NCBI GenBank assembly: GCA_964351125.1
Contig: CAYGMI010000007.1
Coordinates: 1-25,158 of the forward strand
Origin: an uncultured Candidatus Saccharibacteria bacterium
Lineage (GTDB): Bacteria > Patescibacteriota > Dojkabacteria > J137 > JAEUSD01
Reading direction: 5' to 3'
DNA length: 25,158 nucleotides
Shown here: in pieces, positions 7,506 through 15,888 of the stretch
Layout: each line of letters begins with the position of its first letter
How positions within the stretch are numbered: position 1 is the first letter of the stretch
Notes under the pieces: model-generated
The model's input: only the letters and a program-made list of their open reading frames with translations
The model's database searches: none
Told to the model about the DNA's origin: nothing
Made by a program: the position numbers and the translations under genes

Positions 7506-8183
7506 ATGTCATACATCCTAATCCTACTACTAACAATAGCTTTCCCCTTGTTTCGTTCATTCGAATCGAAACTGAAGTTCTATAAGAAGTGGCCAATTGT
7601 CATCGCAGCGGCAGTACTAGTTGGTATCCCCTTCTTGATTTGGGATATGATCTTTACAGGCTGGGGCGTTTGGGAGTTCTCTGCAGAGCATATCTTAGGA
7701 TTTAGAATAGTGGGGCTACCACTAGAAGAGATACTATTCTTTGTAGCCGCACCCTTTAGCTGTATTTTTATTTGGGAGTCAGTTAAGTATTTCGTCAAGA
7801 ATAAACGCCTAGGATTTGTACAATTCGTTTGGATTCCCGCAATGCTCTTACTCTATATTGCTGCTACTAACTCAGGACTGCTATATACCTTTACAGTTTT
7901 CTCAATTACTAGCTTATTTCTATTTGTGATGAATGTGCTGAACGAAGAGGTTATAGACTCAAATAGATTTTTGATTACCATGGGATTCTGTTTTATAGGG
8001 TTTGTAGCAATCAACTATTTGCTTACATCTATCCCTGTTGTTAGCTATGATAATTTAGAAAACCTTCAGATTAGAGTTTTTACAATTCCAATTGAAGATT
8101 TCGTATACAACTTTCTGCTTGTTGCAGCCAATATTGTCGTATATGAACATATTCTCAAATACTTAAACAATAAAAACAAATGA
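7506..8183 (+). CDS. Lycopene cyclase, fused CrtYc/CrtYd-type (two lycopene-cyclase domains)
   Basis: Integral membrane protein with IWDMIFTGWGVWEF..GLPLEEILFF in domain 1 and ENLQIRVFTIPIEDFVY in domain 2 (PxE[E/D] motifs); adjacent to crt genes. Confidence 0.88.
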   Translation: MSYILILLLTIAFPLFRSFESKLKFYKKWPIVIAAAVLVGIPFLIWDMIFTGWGVWEFSAEHILGFRIVGLPLEEILFFVAAPFSCIFIWESVKYFVKNKRLGFVQFVWIPAMLLLYIAATNSGLLYTFTVFSITSLFLFVMNVLNEEVIDSNRFLITMGFCFIGFVAINYLLTSIPVVSYDNLENLQIRVFTIPIEDFVYNFLLVAANIVVYEHILKYLNNKNK

Positions 8184-9307
8184 ACATTCAAGAGTTTATT
8201 CAGCTACTCGTACTAGGTTCTATTGCCCTAAGTTTACTGCCCCTATCAGTAGCAACAATTAACTTACTAACTGCTAGACGAGTTACTAAACGCAAATTCG
8301 AAGGAGATGCAAAGCTTGCTGTGTTAATCCCCGCAAGGAACGAAGAAGGTAACATTGGAAACATTCTCTCCGATCTAGTGGGACAGACATACACTAAATT
8401 CTCGGTATTCGTACTAGATGATCATTCCGATGATGCCACAGCTGAGGTCGCATCTAAATACAAACCACAACTCTTACAATTAGAGGTTATAGAGGGTAAG
8501 GGGCTTCCATCTGGATGGCTAGGAAAGCCCTGGGCATGTCAGCAATTAGCAGAAGCGGCAGCAGATTTTGACCAGCTCTTGTTTATCGACGCGGACGTGA
8601 GGTTAGAAAAAAATGCCGTAGAATCTGCTTTAGAACTGTATAGGGAATCTAATGCCGACCTACTGTCATGCTTTCCTACTCAACTCACAGAAACTGTTGG
8701 TGAAGCCTTCTTCGTAACCATGGTGAATTGGGTGCTCCTCAGTATGCTACCACTTAGGTCGGTAGAGAGATATAAAATGCAGAGTTTGAGTGCTGCAAAC
8801 GGCCAGTTCATGTTATTCAATAGTGTTGCATACAAACAGATAGGACAGCACAATGCAGTTAAAAATCGTAACACCGAAGATCTTGAATTATCTATTTTAA
8901 TCCAAAAATATAAGAAAAAATTAGTAGTCTGTTTGGGTGCAAATTCAATTTACTGCAGAATGTACAAATCTGCAGAACAAGCTCTCAATGGGATTAGCAG
9001 AAGTTATTACATCGGTTTTGGCGCCAAAGGCCCAGGTTTCTTGATGTCTCATATGTTGATTGTCTATGCGTACGTTATGCCTTTACTTTTCTTAAGTACC
9101 TCTCCCCTTTGTTTTATTCCAATAGCACTCACGCTTGCTACTCGCACAATCGTTGCTCTGCAGTCTAATAGAAATATATTGTTCGACTTAAGCATTCACC
9201 TAGCACAAATGTTTGGGACCTTAGGACTCGCAACACACTCATATTATATGTTTAGAACTAACTCCGTCACATGGAAGGGAAGAAATATAAATATCTCAGC
9301 TCACTAG
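8180..9307 (+). CDS. Glycosyltransferase family 2, CruC/CrtQ-like carotenoid glycosyltransferase
   Basis: N-terminal TM; IPARNEE, LDDHSDD, GWLGKPWACQQL, FIDADV, ANGQFMLF, TED, CRMY; lies between the cyclase and the hydratase. 4-nt ATGA overlap with the cyclase gene. Confidence 0.85.
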   Translation: MNIQEFIQLLVLGSIALSLLPLSVATINLLTARRVTKRKFEGDAKLAVLIPARNEEGNIGNILSDLVGQTYTKFSVFVLDDHSDDATAEVASKYKPQLLQLEVIEGKGLPSGWLGKPWACQQLAEAAADFDQLLFIDADVRLEKNAVESALELYRESNADLLSCFPTQLTETVGEAFFVTMVNWVLLSMLPLRSVERYKMQSLSAANGQFMLFNSVAYKQIGQHNAVKNRNTEDLELSILIQKYKKKLVVCLGANSIYCRMYKSAEQALNGISRSYYIGFGAKGPGFLMSHMLIVYAYVMPLLFLSTSPLCFIPIALTLATRTIVALQSNRNILFDLSIHLAQMFGTLGLATHSYYMFRTNSVTWKGRNINISAH

Positions 9308-9912
9308 TTGTAGTTTTCTACTTGGTTGGAATAGCCGGACACCTTATAGGTACTTCTAGGGTTTTGTTTTTGCAGCTTACACCTTTTATTTTAGTCTTAA
9401 CGTCCATACTAGTGGTTGGCGACTTCATACTGTCTCAAAAACCCAAGCTCAGAACAAAGATTGCACTTTGGCTGGCTGTAGTGGTACTCACAACTTTTGT
9501 ACTAGAGGCATTTGGTACAAATACTGGAAGCTTATTTGGTCAGTACAATTATGGACCAACTCTTGGGGTTAAGTATTTGGATACCCCCTTAATTATTGGA
9601 GCTAACTGGATAATTATTATTCTTGGTAGCTATAGCTTTCTAAAGTACCTTGCAGTCACTAAGAACTTAGCTTTCTTGAGCGCAGTGACAGCAGTTTGCG
9701 TTGATGTATTTTTAGAGATCACAGCTGTAAAACTAGACTATTGGAGTTGGAGCAACAACCAAGTACCTGCTCAAAACTACATCGTATGGTTCTTGATAGT
9801 TTTTATTGCTGTATACTTTCTGGAGAAACTAAATCCCAAGACTGCAAAACTACTAGTACCGATATTTATAATGCAATCACTGTTTATAGTATCACTTGCT
9901 TTGCTGCTATAG
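9271..9912 (+). CDS. cruF: Carotenoid 1,2-hydratase, CruF/DUF422 family
   Basis: Multi-TM; LEAFGTNTGSLFGQYNYG..LG..TPLIIGANW, VDVFLE..AV.LDYWSW, VPAQNYIVWF match the family pattern. Start overlaps the GT2 end by 37 nt. Confidence 0.85.
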   Translation: MEGKKYKYLSSLVVVFYLVGIAGHLIGTSRVLFLQLTPFILVLTSILVVGDFILSQKPKLRTKIALWLAVVVLTTFVLEAFGTNTGSLFGQYNYGPTLGVKYLDTPLIIGANWIIIILGSYSFLKYLAVTKNLAFLSAVTAVCVDVFLEITAVKLDYWSWSNNQVPAQNYIVWFLIVFIAVYFLEKLNPKTAKLLVPIFIMQSLFIVSLALLL

Positions 9913-9914
9913 AT

Positions 9915-10940
9915 TTAGGACTCTATTGCTTCGGGAGCTCTGAGGTAAGGCATCATTAACTTCGGGACTCTATCCATCCTCATACCGTAAAAAAATACTG
10001 TGGTAAAGGCAGAAAGTAATGCAATAGTCTTGTCTACTTTAGCCGGCTTTAGTTTTCCTTCCAACACGATGAAGGGGTCGTCTAATATCTGCTCGCAAAC
10101 TCTTTGGTACATTACTGTTGCTGCTACTACTGGAACCGCCACGCCTGGACTAAAACTAACGAGTTCATTAAGTGTCTGCATTCCTTCTTGATTCCAATAC
10201 TGATACCTATTGACCTGCTTACGGATAAACTCAGCAAATAGATCTTGATTGTCTTCACTCTGACAATAAAGGGCAAAGTTATATGCGTTCATTATTGGGA
10301 ACTCTGCTCTATTAACTGCTTCTATGAACCCAGGATCGTAATCCTCTAGAGGAAAATAGTTCCTGCCTAGATTACTGTCCTCTTCTATATCTCGAATAAA
10401 GTTTATGTACTGAAATGCAAATCCAAGCTGATGTGCAGCGTAATAAGAGGCCTCGTCATCTTTCGGAAACCCAAAGATCCTTGCACACATGTATCCAATC
10501 ACACCTGCCGCTCCATGGATGTAAGACTCAATTTCTTGAATACTCTCATATCGCGCATCTCCTAGATCCATCTCCATCGAGATAAAAAAGTCTTCTACCC
10601 AGGCCCTTTCGAAGTCATATTCGTTAAAAATACCGATAAAATCATCCAGAACAGGTATTCCTGTTCTTTCACCGGAATCTAGTGCATGCCAAAATCGTGC
10701 CTTAAACTCAAGGTACTTTTGCTTATTTAACTCCAAGTCTTCTTCTGCGTCTACAAAATCATCGGCAACTCTCACAAATGCATAGAATACCTTTATTTTC
10801 TCGCCTACTATAGAAGGAAATCTCTCTGTGGCACTACTAAAGGTGTTACTTCTCTCTCCCATTACTTGCGTAGGAGTTACACCAACCAGATCTGAAAGCA
10901 GATCCGACTGAAGATTTATTGTTTCGCTATTTGTAATCAT
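9915..10940 (-). CDS. crtB: Phytoene synthase (phytoene/squalene synthase family)
   Basis: FYAFVRVADDFVD (DDxxD) and QYINFIRDIEED..LGRNYFP motifs, SMEMDL, YIHGAAGVIG; downstream of and overlapping crtI by 14 nt. Confidence 0.9.
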   Translation of the reverse strand: MITNSETINLQSDLLSDLVGVTPTQVMGERSNTFSSATERFPSIVGEKIKVFYAFVRVADDFVDAEEDLELNKQKYLEFKARFWHALDSGERTGIPVLDDFIGIFNEYDFERAWVEDFFISMEMDLGDARYESIQEIESYIHGAAGVIGYMCARIFGFPKDDEASYYAAHQLGFAFQYINFIRDIEEDSNLGRNYFPLEDYDPGFIEAVNRAEFPIMNAYNFALYCQSEDNQDLFAEFIRKQVNRYQYWNQEGMQTLNELVSFSPGVAVPVVAATVMYQRVCEQILDDPFIVLEGKLKPAKVDKTIALLSAFTTVFFYGMRMDRVPKLMMPYLRAPEAIES

Positions 10941-12384
10941 TTTGGATTTCTTTTGCTACAACTTCTCCAGAAATTATCGTCATTGGAAGACTTACTCCTG
11001 GCACCGTATACTGTCCAACATAGTACAGACCTTTTAGTTTCTTACTCTTGTGACTTGGACGGAATACAGCTGTCTGGAATAATGTATGTGCTAAGCCAAA
11101 TGCTCCACCTTTATAGGAATTATAGTCTCTTTCAAAGTCGGTAAGAGCATAGCTGCGTTTGAGGATAACATGATCTCTTATAGATTGAGATGTTATGTAC
11201 TCTAAGTCATCCATTATATCATTATAATATTCCTCTCTGATATTTTCTGTATCTTCAAGCCCTGCAGCGATGGGTACAAGTATATATAAATTCTCCATTC
11301 CTTTAGGAGCAACGTCTTCGTCAGTTTTAGAAGTCATACTCACATAGTACAAAGGCTTATCTGGCCACTTTGGATCTTTAAAAATATCATCAAAGTGTGT
11401 ATCCCAATTTCTATGGAGGAAAAGTGTATGATGCTCAAAATTGTCTAGTTTCTTATCTATTCCCAGAAAGAACAAAAGTGTAGAAGGCGACAGTACTTTC
11501 TTATCCCAGGACTGAGCAGTGTAGTCAGGACTGTCTAATAGATGCTGATCGACATATTGATAATCAGCGTTAGCTACCACAATATCTGCTTCGTATTTCT
11601 GCTTAGATACCTCTACGATTTTCTGCCCCGCATCGGTTTCGTATATTCTCGTTACTGGGGAATTGTAAATAAATTCAACCCCTAGTTCTTCTGCGAGCTT
11701 TACCAAACCTTCAACTGCTGCGTACATACCTCCTTTGGGATACCAAATTCCCAATCCAAAATCCGCATGCGAGATTAAAGAGTAAAGTGCCAAAACGTTC
11801 TGAGGTGAACCACCCAAGAATACCACCATAAACTCTACAATCTTCTGTAGTCTTGAATCTTTAAAGTAGCTCGCTACATGATTATGGAAAGTACTAAACA
11901 CATTTAGCTTTAGACCATTCCACAATAGCTTTGGGTTTACAAAATCGACAATCGAGTTATAGACCCTATAGATGTATTCGTGGGAAAGCTCGTACTTGGT
12001 TTCTGCCTTCTTTAGATATTGCTTCAACTTTTGTCCAGCGCCTGGCTCAATAGACTCAAATAGGTCTATATTCTTTTCCAGATCGGCACTAACATCGTAG
12101 AACTCATCTTTATTGAAATAGACACGGTAAGAAGGATCAAGCCTCTCTAACTCTATGTATTCGCTCATTTCTTTCCCAATAGATGCAAAGAACCGCTCGA
12201 ACACATCTGGCATCATAAACCAAGAAGGCCCAATATCGAATGTGAATCCATCTTTCTTCCACTGTGCTGCCCTTCCTCCTGCTTCAGCATTCTTCTCTAT
12301 CAACTGGACTTCATACCCTGCATAAGCAAGCTGAATTGCCACCGACAAACCACCGAATCCTGCGCCAATAACAATAACTTTCAT
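10927..12384 (-). CDS. crtI: Phytoene desaturase (CrtI family)
   Basis: VIVIGAGFGGLS FAD-binding motif, FTFDIGPSWFMMPDVFERFF, FLGGSP, WYPKGGM, FEHHTLF, YKGGAFGLAHTLFQTAVFRP, YYVGQYTVPGVSLP. Confidence 0.92.
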   Translation of the reverse strand: MKVIVIGAGFGGLSVAIQLAYAGYEVQLIEKNAEAGGRAAQWKKDGFTFDIGPSWFMMPDVFERFFASIGKEMSEYIELERLDPSYRVYFNKDEFYDVSADLEKNIDLFESIEPGAGQKLKQYLKKAETKYELSHEYIYRVYNSIVDFVNPKLLWNGLKLNVFSTFHNHVASYFKDSRLQKIVEFMVVFLGGSPQNVLALYSLISHADFGLGIWYPKGGMYAAVEGLVKLAEELGVEFIYNSPVTRIYETDAGQKIVEVSKQKYEADIVVANADYQYVDQHLLDSPDYTAQSWDKKVLSPSTLLFFLGIDKKLDNFEHHTLFLHRNWDTHFDDIFKDPKWPDKPLYYVSMTSKTDEDVAPKGMENLYILVPIAAGLEDTENIREEYYNDIMDDLEYITSQSIRDHVILKRSYALTDFERDYNSYKGGAFGLAHTLFQTAVFRPSHKSKKLKGLYYVGQYTVPGVSLPMTIISGEVVAKEIQNDYK

Positions 12385-12495
12385 ATAATAGAAATTTAAT
12401 TAAATTAGTTAACTATTTTAACAACCTTTTGTCAAACCTACCACTTTACATTGTAATTCAAAAGTCATACCATCTATATATATTACACAGTCGAA

Positions 12496-13425
12496 ATGCA
12501 AAGCAGATACTCTAGAATAGCAATAATTGGAGCTGGAATGGTTGGATCAACCATAGCTTATGCAAGCATGATCAAAGATCTTGCAGCAGAGATTATCCTT
12601 ATTGATGTAAACAAACAGCGACAGGAAGGAGAAGTTCTAGATCTATCACATGGGGCTTTCGGTACAGATACAGGTGGTATTTATAACGGCGACTACACAG
12701 ACTGTAGGAATGTTGATGTAATTGTAATCACAGCTGGAGCCAGCCAGAAGCCTGGCCAAACAAGGCTAGAACTTATCGAGATAAATGCGGGGATACTTAG
12801 AGATATAGCCGAAAGTATTGGTGAAATTCAGCAGCATACGAAGATACTGGTAGTATCTAATCCCGTAGATGTTCTTACAATGCTGGCAAAGGAAATATTC
12901 CCCGTAAGTAAGAACCAAATATTTGGGTCAGGTACATACCTAGATACATCTAGACTCAGACTACTACTTTCTCAAAAGCTACAGATAAGTGCTCACAACA
13001 CTCATGCATATGTAATAGGAGAACATGGAGACTCCGCATTTGTGCCTTGGAGCATTGCCACTGCAGCTGGCGGGCGGAAAATACAAGACATTTTATCAGA
13101 AGAAGAGCGAAACGAAATTGAACAAGGAGTCAGAAAAGCAGCCTACGAAATAATATCCAAAAAGGGCTCGACCTACTACGGAATCGGAATTGTAGTTGCA
13201 GAAATATTAGAATCCATACTATTTAATAAAAAGAAAGTGATAACTGTTTCTACGATCCCTGGGGCTGGATACGGTATAACTGATATCTGCCTAGGTATTC
13301 CATCGATAATTAGTGCAAATGGAATTGAATCTGTATGGCAGCTAAGCTTAGAAGAAAGCGAGATAGAGAAACTGCAGAATTCAGCAGGCTTACTATCAGA
13401 GGCGTACAGATCGATATCCAGATAG
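12496..13425 (+). CDS. ldh: L-lactate dehydrogenase
   Basis: IIGAGMVG, AGASQKPGQTRLEL (Gln specificity residue of LDH, not the Arg of MDH), VSNPVDV, GTYLDTSR, GEHGDS, KGSTYYGI. Confidence 0.93.
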   Translation: MQSRYSRIAIIGAGMVGSTIAYASMIKDLAAEIILIDVNKQRQEGEVLDLSHGAFGTDTGGIYNGDYTDCRNVDVIVITAGASQKPGQTRLELIEINAGILRDIAESIGEIQQHTKILVVSNPVDVLTMLAKEIFPVSKNQIFGSGTYLDTSRLRLLLSQKLQISAHNTHAYVIGEHGDSAFVPWSIATAAGGRKIQDILSEEERNEIEQGVRKAAYEIISKKGSTYYGIGIVVAEILESILFNKKKVITVSTIPGAGYGITDICLGIPSIISANGIESVWQLSLEESEIEKLQNSAGLLSEAYRSISR

Positions 13426-13456
13426 AAACTTAACTTATATTTTAAATGATGAATCT

Positions 13457-13948
13457 ATGATTACTATACTTAATGCAGAAATCAATATTCTGGGAATTAT
13501 ACTAGCGACCATTGTCTCTATGGGAATTGGAATGCTTTGGTATGGACCACTGTTTGGTAAAATATGGATGGCTTTAGTAAATAAGAAACTTGAGGATCTT
13601 GAAGCCAAACCTACCGACTACTTATCTAATATTATTGCTGGGATAATATCTGCATTTGTAATTTCCCTTCTATATTCGTACATCTCTACAGCTTCAGCTT
13701 TTTTTGCACTTTCTCAAGCATTCGGTGCAAGCGAGACTAGCGCTATACTCTCAGGTGAATGGAGCTTATGGTTAATCATGCTATTCATTCCATTTGTCTG
13801 CTGGACAGCCTTTACATTACCCGTATCAATTAACAGGATTATTTGGGAGGGCGGAAGAAAGAAATTGGTAGCACTAAATGCAGCGCACCAATTTGTTACA
13901 TTCTTGTTTATGTCAATAGTAATAGCTCTAGTACTAAACTTTTCATAG
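13457..13948 (+). CDS. DUF1761-family membrane protein
   Basis: IN..GIILAT..SMGIGMLWYGPLFGKIW N-terminus and LNAAHQFV C-terminal helix fit DUF1761 as I recall it; 4 TM. Confidence 0.7.
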   Translation: MITILNAEINILGIILATIVSMGIGMLWYGPLFGKIWMALVNKKLEDLEAKPTDYLSNIIAGIISAFVISLLYSYISTASAFFALSQAFGASETSAILSGEWSLWLIMLFIPFVCWTAFTLPVSINRIIWEGGRKKLVALNAAHQFVTFLFMSIVIALVLNFS

Positions 13949-13966
13949 TCAACAAATCTATAACTA

Positions 13967-15058
13967 CTAGGTCATTCTGACTTCAGCATCAATAAAGTCT
14001 TGAATCTCGCCATCTAAAACTGAGTCAGTTTGACTGGTTTCTACGTTTGTACGCAAGTCTTTGACAAGCTTATACGGCTGAAGTACATAGTTTCTAATTT
14101 GGTTTCCCCAGCCAAATTCTTTATGTTCACCTTTTAGTTTAGCGTCTTCCTCTGCCTGTTTCTGCTCTTCTATTTGTACTAGCTTAGACTTAAGTAGCCT
14201 CATGGCAGCTTCGCGATTTGCCGATTGAGATCTATTAACCGAACTACTAACCGCGATTCCTGTTGGTTTATGAACAATCCTAACCGCAGTCGCCACTTTA
14301 TTCACGTTCTGTCCTCCTGCTCCGGAGGATCTGACAGCACTAAATTCAATGTCTTCATCCCTTATTTCAATATCAATTTCTCCATCTACTAGTGGCATTA
14401 CTTCAACCCCTGCAAAGCTTGTCTGTCTTAGTCCAGCAGAATTAAATGGGGAGTTCCTTACCAGTCGATGAGTTCCGTGCTCACGCTTTAGGTATCCGTA
14501 GGCAAAACTTCCTTCAACCTCGAGAGTAATTGTTGAGTAACCCGTTTCTGTACCACGCACCTCATTGACTACTGTATGCTTCCAATCAACTGAATCAAAG
14601 TATCTGGTATACATCCTAAGTAGCATTGCAACCCAATCATTTGCTTCTGTACCTCCTTGTCCGGCATGGATAGAAATGATCGCACCATTTTCATCGTACT
14701 TACCCGACAGAAAAGTTTGCAATTCTAGGTCATCAATTTCTTTTGCTAGATCCTTAAACTCTGCTTCTACTATTTTGAGCAAATCAGTGTCTCTATCTGT
14801 TAATTCCGCAATGTCGGACACAATGGAAAGCCTTTTATTATCAATGGTTTGAACTTTAGTTAGCAGATTACTAATATTGCCAATTTTGCGCATCACAGAT
14901 TGAGCCGAGTCTGGATTAGTCCAAAAACCTTCATTCTTCGAGGCGTCTTGAAGCAACTCCAGTTTCGAGTTTTTATCGTCAAGGTCTAGCTGCTTAATTA
15001 TTGCGTCAAGTCTGTCAGAATAATCTTCAAATGTTTGTTTTAATTCGTGTATATCCAT
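13967..15058 (-). CDS. prfB: Peptide chain release factor 2, single in-frame ORF
   Basis: [25 protein letters not shown] (SPF, RF2-specific), [11 protein letters not shown] (GGQ), WGNQIRNYV. Start set at ATG 15058 rather than TTG 15076. Confidence 0.96.
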   Translation of the reverse strand: MDIHELKQTFEDYSDRLDAIIKQLDLDDKNSKLELLQDASKNEGFWTNPDSAQSVMRKIGNISNLLTKVQTIDNKRLSIVSDIAELTDRDTDLLKIVEAEFKDLAKEIDDLELQTFLSGKYDENGAIISIHAGQGGTEANDWVAMLLRMYTRYFDSVDWKHTVVNEVRGTETGYSTITLEVEGSFAYGYLKREHGTHRLVRNSPFNSAGLRQTSFAGVEVMPLVDGEIDIEIRDEDIEFSAVRSSGAGGQNVNKVATAVRIVHKPTGIAVSSSVNRSQSANREAAMRLLKSKLVQIEEQKQAEEDAKLKGEHKEFGWGNQIRNYVLQPYKLVKDLRTNVETSQTDSVLDGEIQDFIDAEVRMT

Positions 15059-15065
15059 ATACTGT

Positions 15066-15071
15066 AGATTA
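15066..15071 (-). promoter_or_regulatory. Putative -10 (TAATCT), leaderless prfB
   Basis: TAATCT ends 7 nt before ATG 15058; only 32 nt separate the divergent start codons. Confidence 0.4.
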
Positions 15072-15090
15072 GACAAATGCTAGCACAGAT

Positions 15091-15888
15091 ATGAGCTTCT
15101 TTAACTACCACGGATACAAAATTGAACAGGCAAGAATAGGAGATCACGTAAGAGGTCAAACAAATGTTATCTACCTTCATGGATTTAACTTTCCATTCCA
15201 GAATAATATGAATTTGCTAGAAGGACTTGCCCTTGAGCAGATAAACCTCTGGGCAATTAACTTCCCGGGTCATGGAAATAGCGAAGAGATTGAAGAAATA
15301 AGTTGGGAGCGATTAGTTGATATAGTAAGGGCTTTTATAGAAGAAAGGCAATTAACAGATGTAATCCTCCTGGGCTATTCAATGGGAGGAGGAGTATCAC
15401 TAAAAGCCATAGAATACGGGATCCCCCTTTCGGCAGTAGTATTACTTTGTCCTTTCACTATTAGCTTTAAATTAGACTCAGCTGATCCTACTAGAGCAAT
15501 AGAGGCAGCAAGAGAAGTGTTACAACAGATCGCTCCTACCAACAAAGTAAATAGGAAGAAGCCAAAACCATGGACAGGTGCAATCACGTACATACTAGAG
15601 AACTATGTAAGAGTATTTACCGATTTCACGGTCAACCTAGAAAATAATACGACTCCAATAGAGGTTACGATTGCAAAAGAAGACAAGATTTTGCTACCAG
15701 AACAGATAAAAGAAACGCTAAAAGATGTAAATAAAGTTAAATTTAAAGAGATAAAGCACCAAGGGCACGATATATATTATATAGATGATGCTAAAATCGA
15801 CGTACTAATCAGTACACTTAGCAAACAAATTAGAAAACATGCACAAATTCAAGAAAGCTTTTGGTCAAAACTTTTTACGAAACGATAG
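15091..15888 (+). CDS. Alpha/beta-fold hydrolase
   Basis: YLHGF oxyanion loop, INFPGHG, GYSMGG nucleophile elbow, EDKIL (Asp), QGHD (His). Confidence 0.85.
   Translation: MSFFNYHGYKIEQARIGDHVRGQTNVIYLHGFNFPFQNNMNLLEGLALEQINLWAINFPGHGNSEEIEEISWERLVDIVRAFIEERQLTDVILLGYSMGGGVSLKAIEYGIPLSAVVLLCPFTISFKLDSADPTRAIEAAREVLQQIAPTNKVNRKKPKPWTGAITYILENYVRVFTDFTVNLENNTTPIEVTIAKEDKILLPEQIKETLKDVNKVKFKEIKHQGHDIYYIDDAKIDVLISTLSKQIRKHAQIQESFWSKLFTKR

Noticed and set aside
7334-7516. 60-aa minus-strand ORF
   Set aside because: Antisense to the tRNA and the terminator; artefact.
7506-9912. Possible rhodopsin or Blh retinal-forming gene linked to the carotenoid genes
   Set aside because: The membrane proteins here carry cyclase and CruF motifs; none shows a helix-7 retinal-binding Lys motif (DxxxK). 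A retinal role cannot be supported from this window.
7427-12495. tRNA-anchored integrative element or prophage
   Set aside because: No integrase, no repeat of the tRNA 3' end found by eye, and GC similar to the host genes; kept only as a possibility in the findings.
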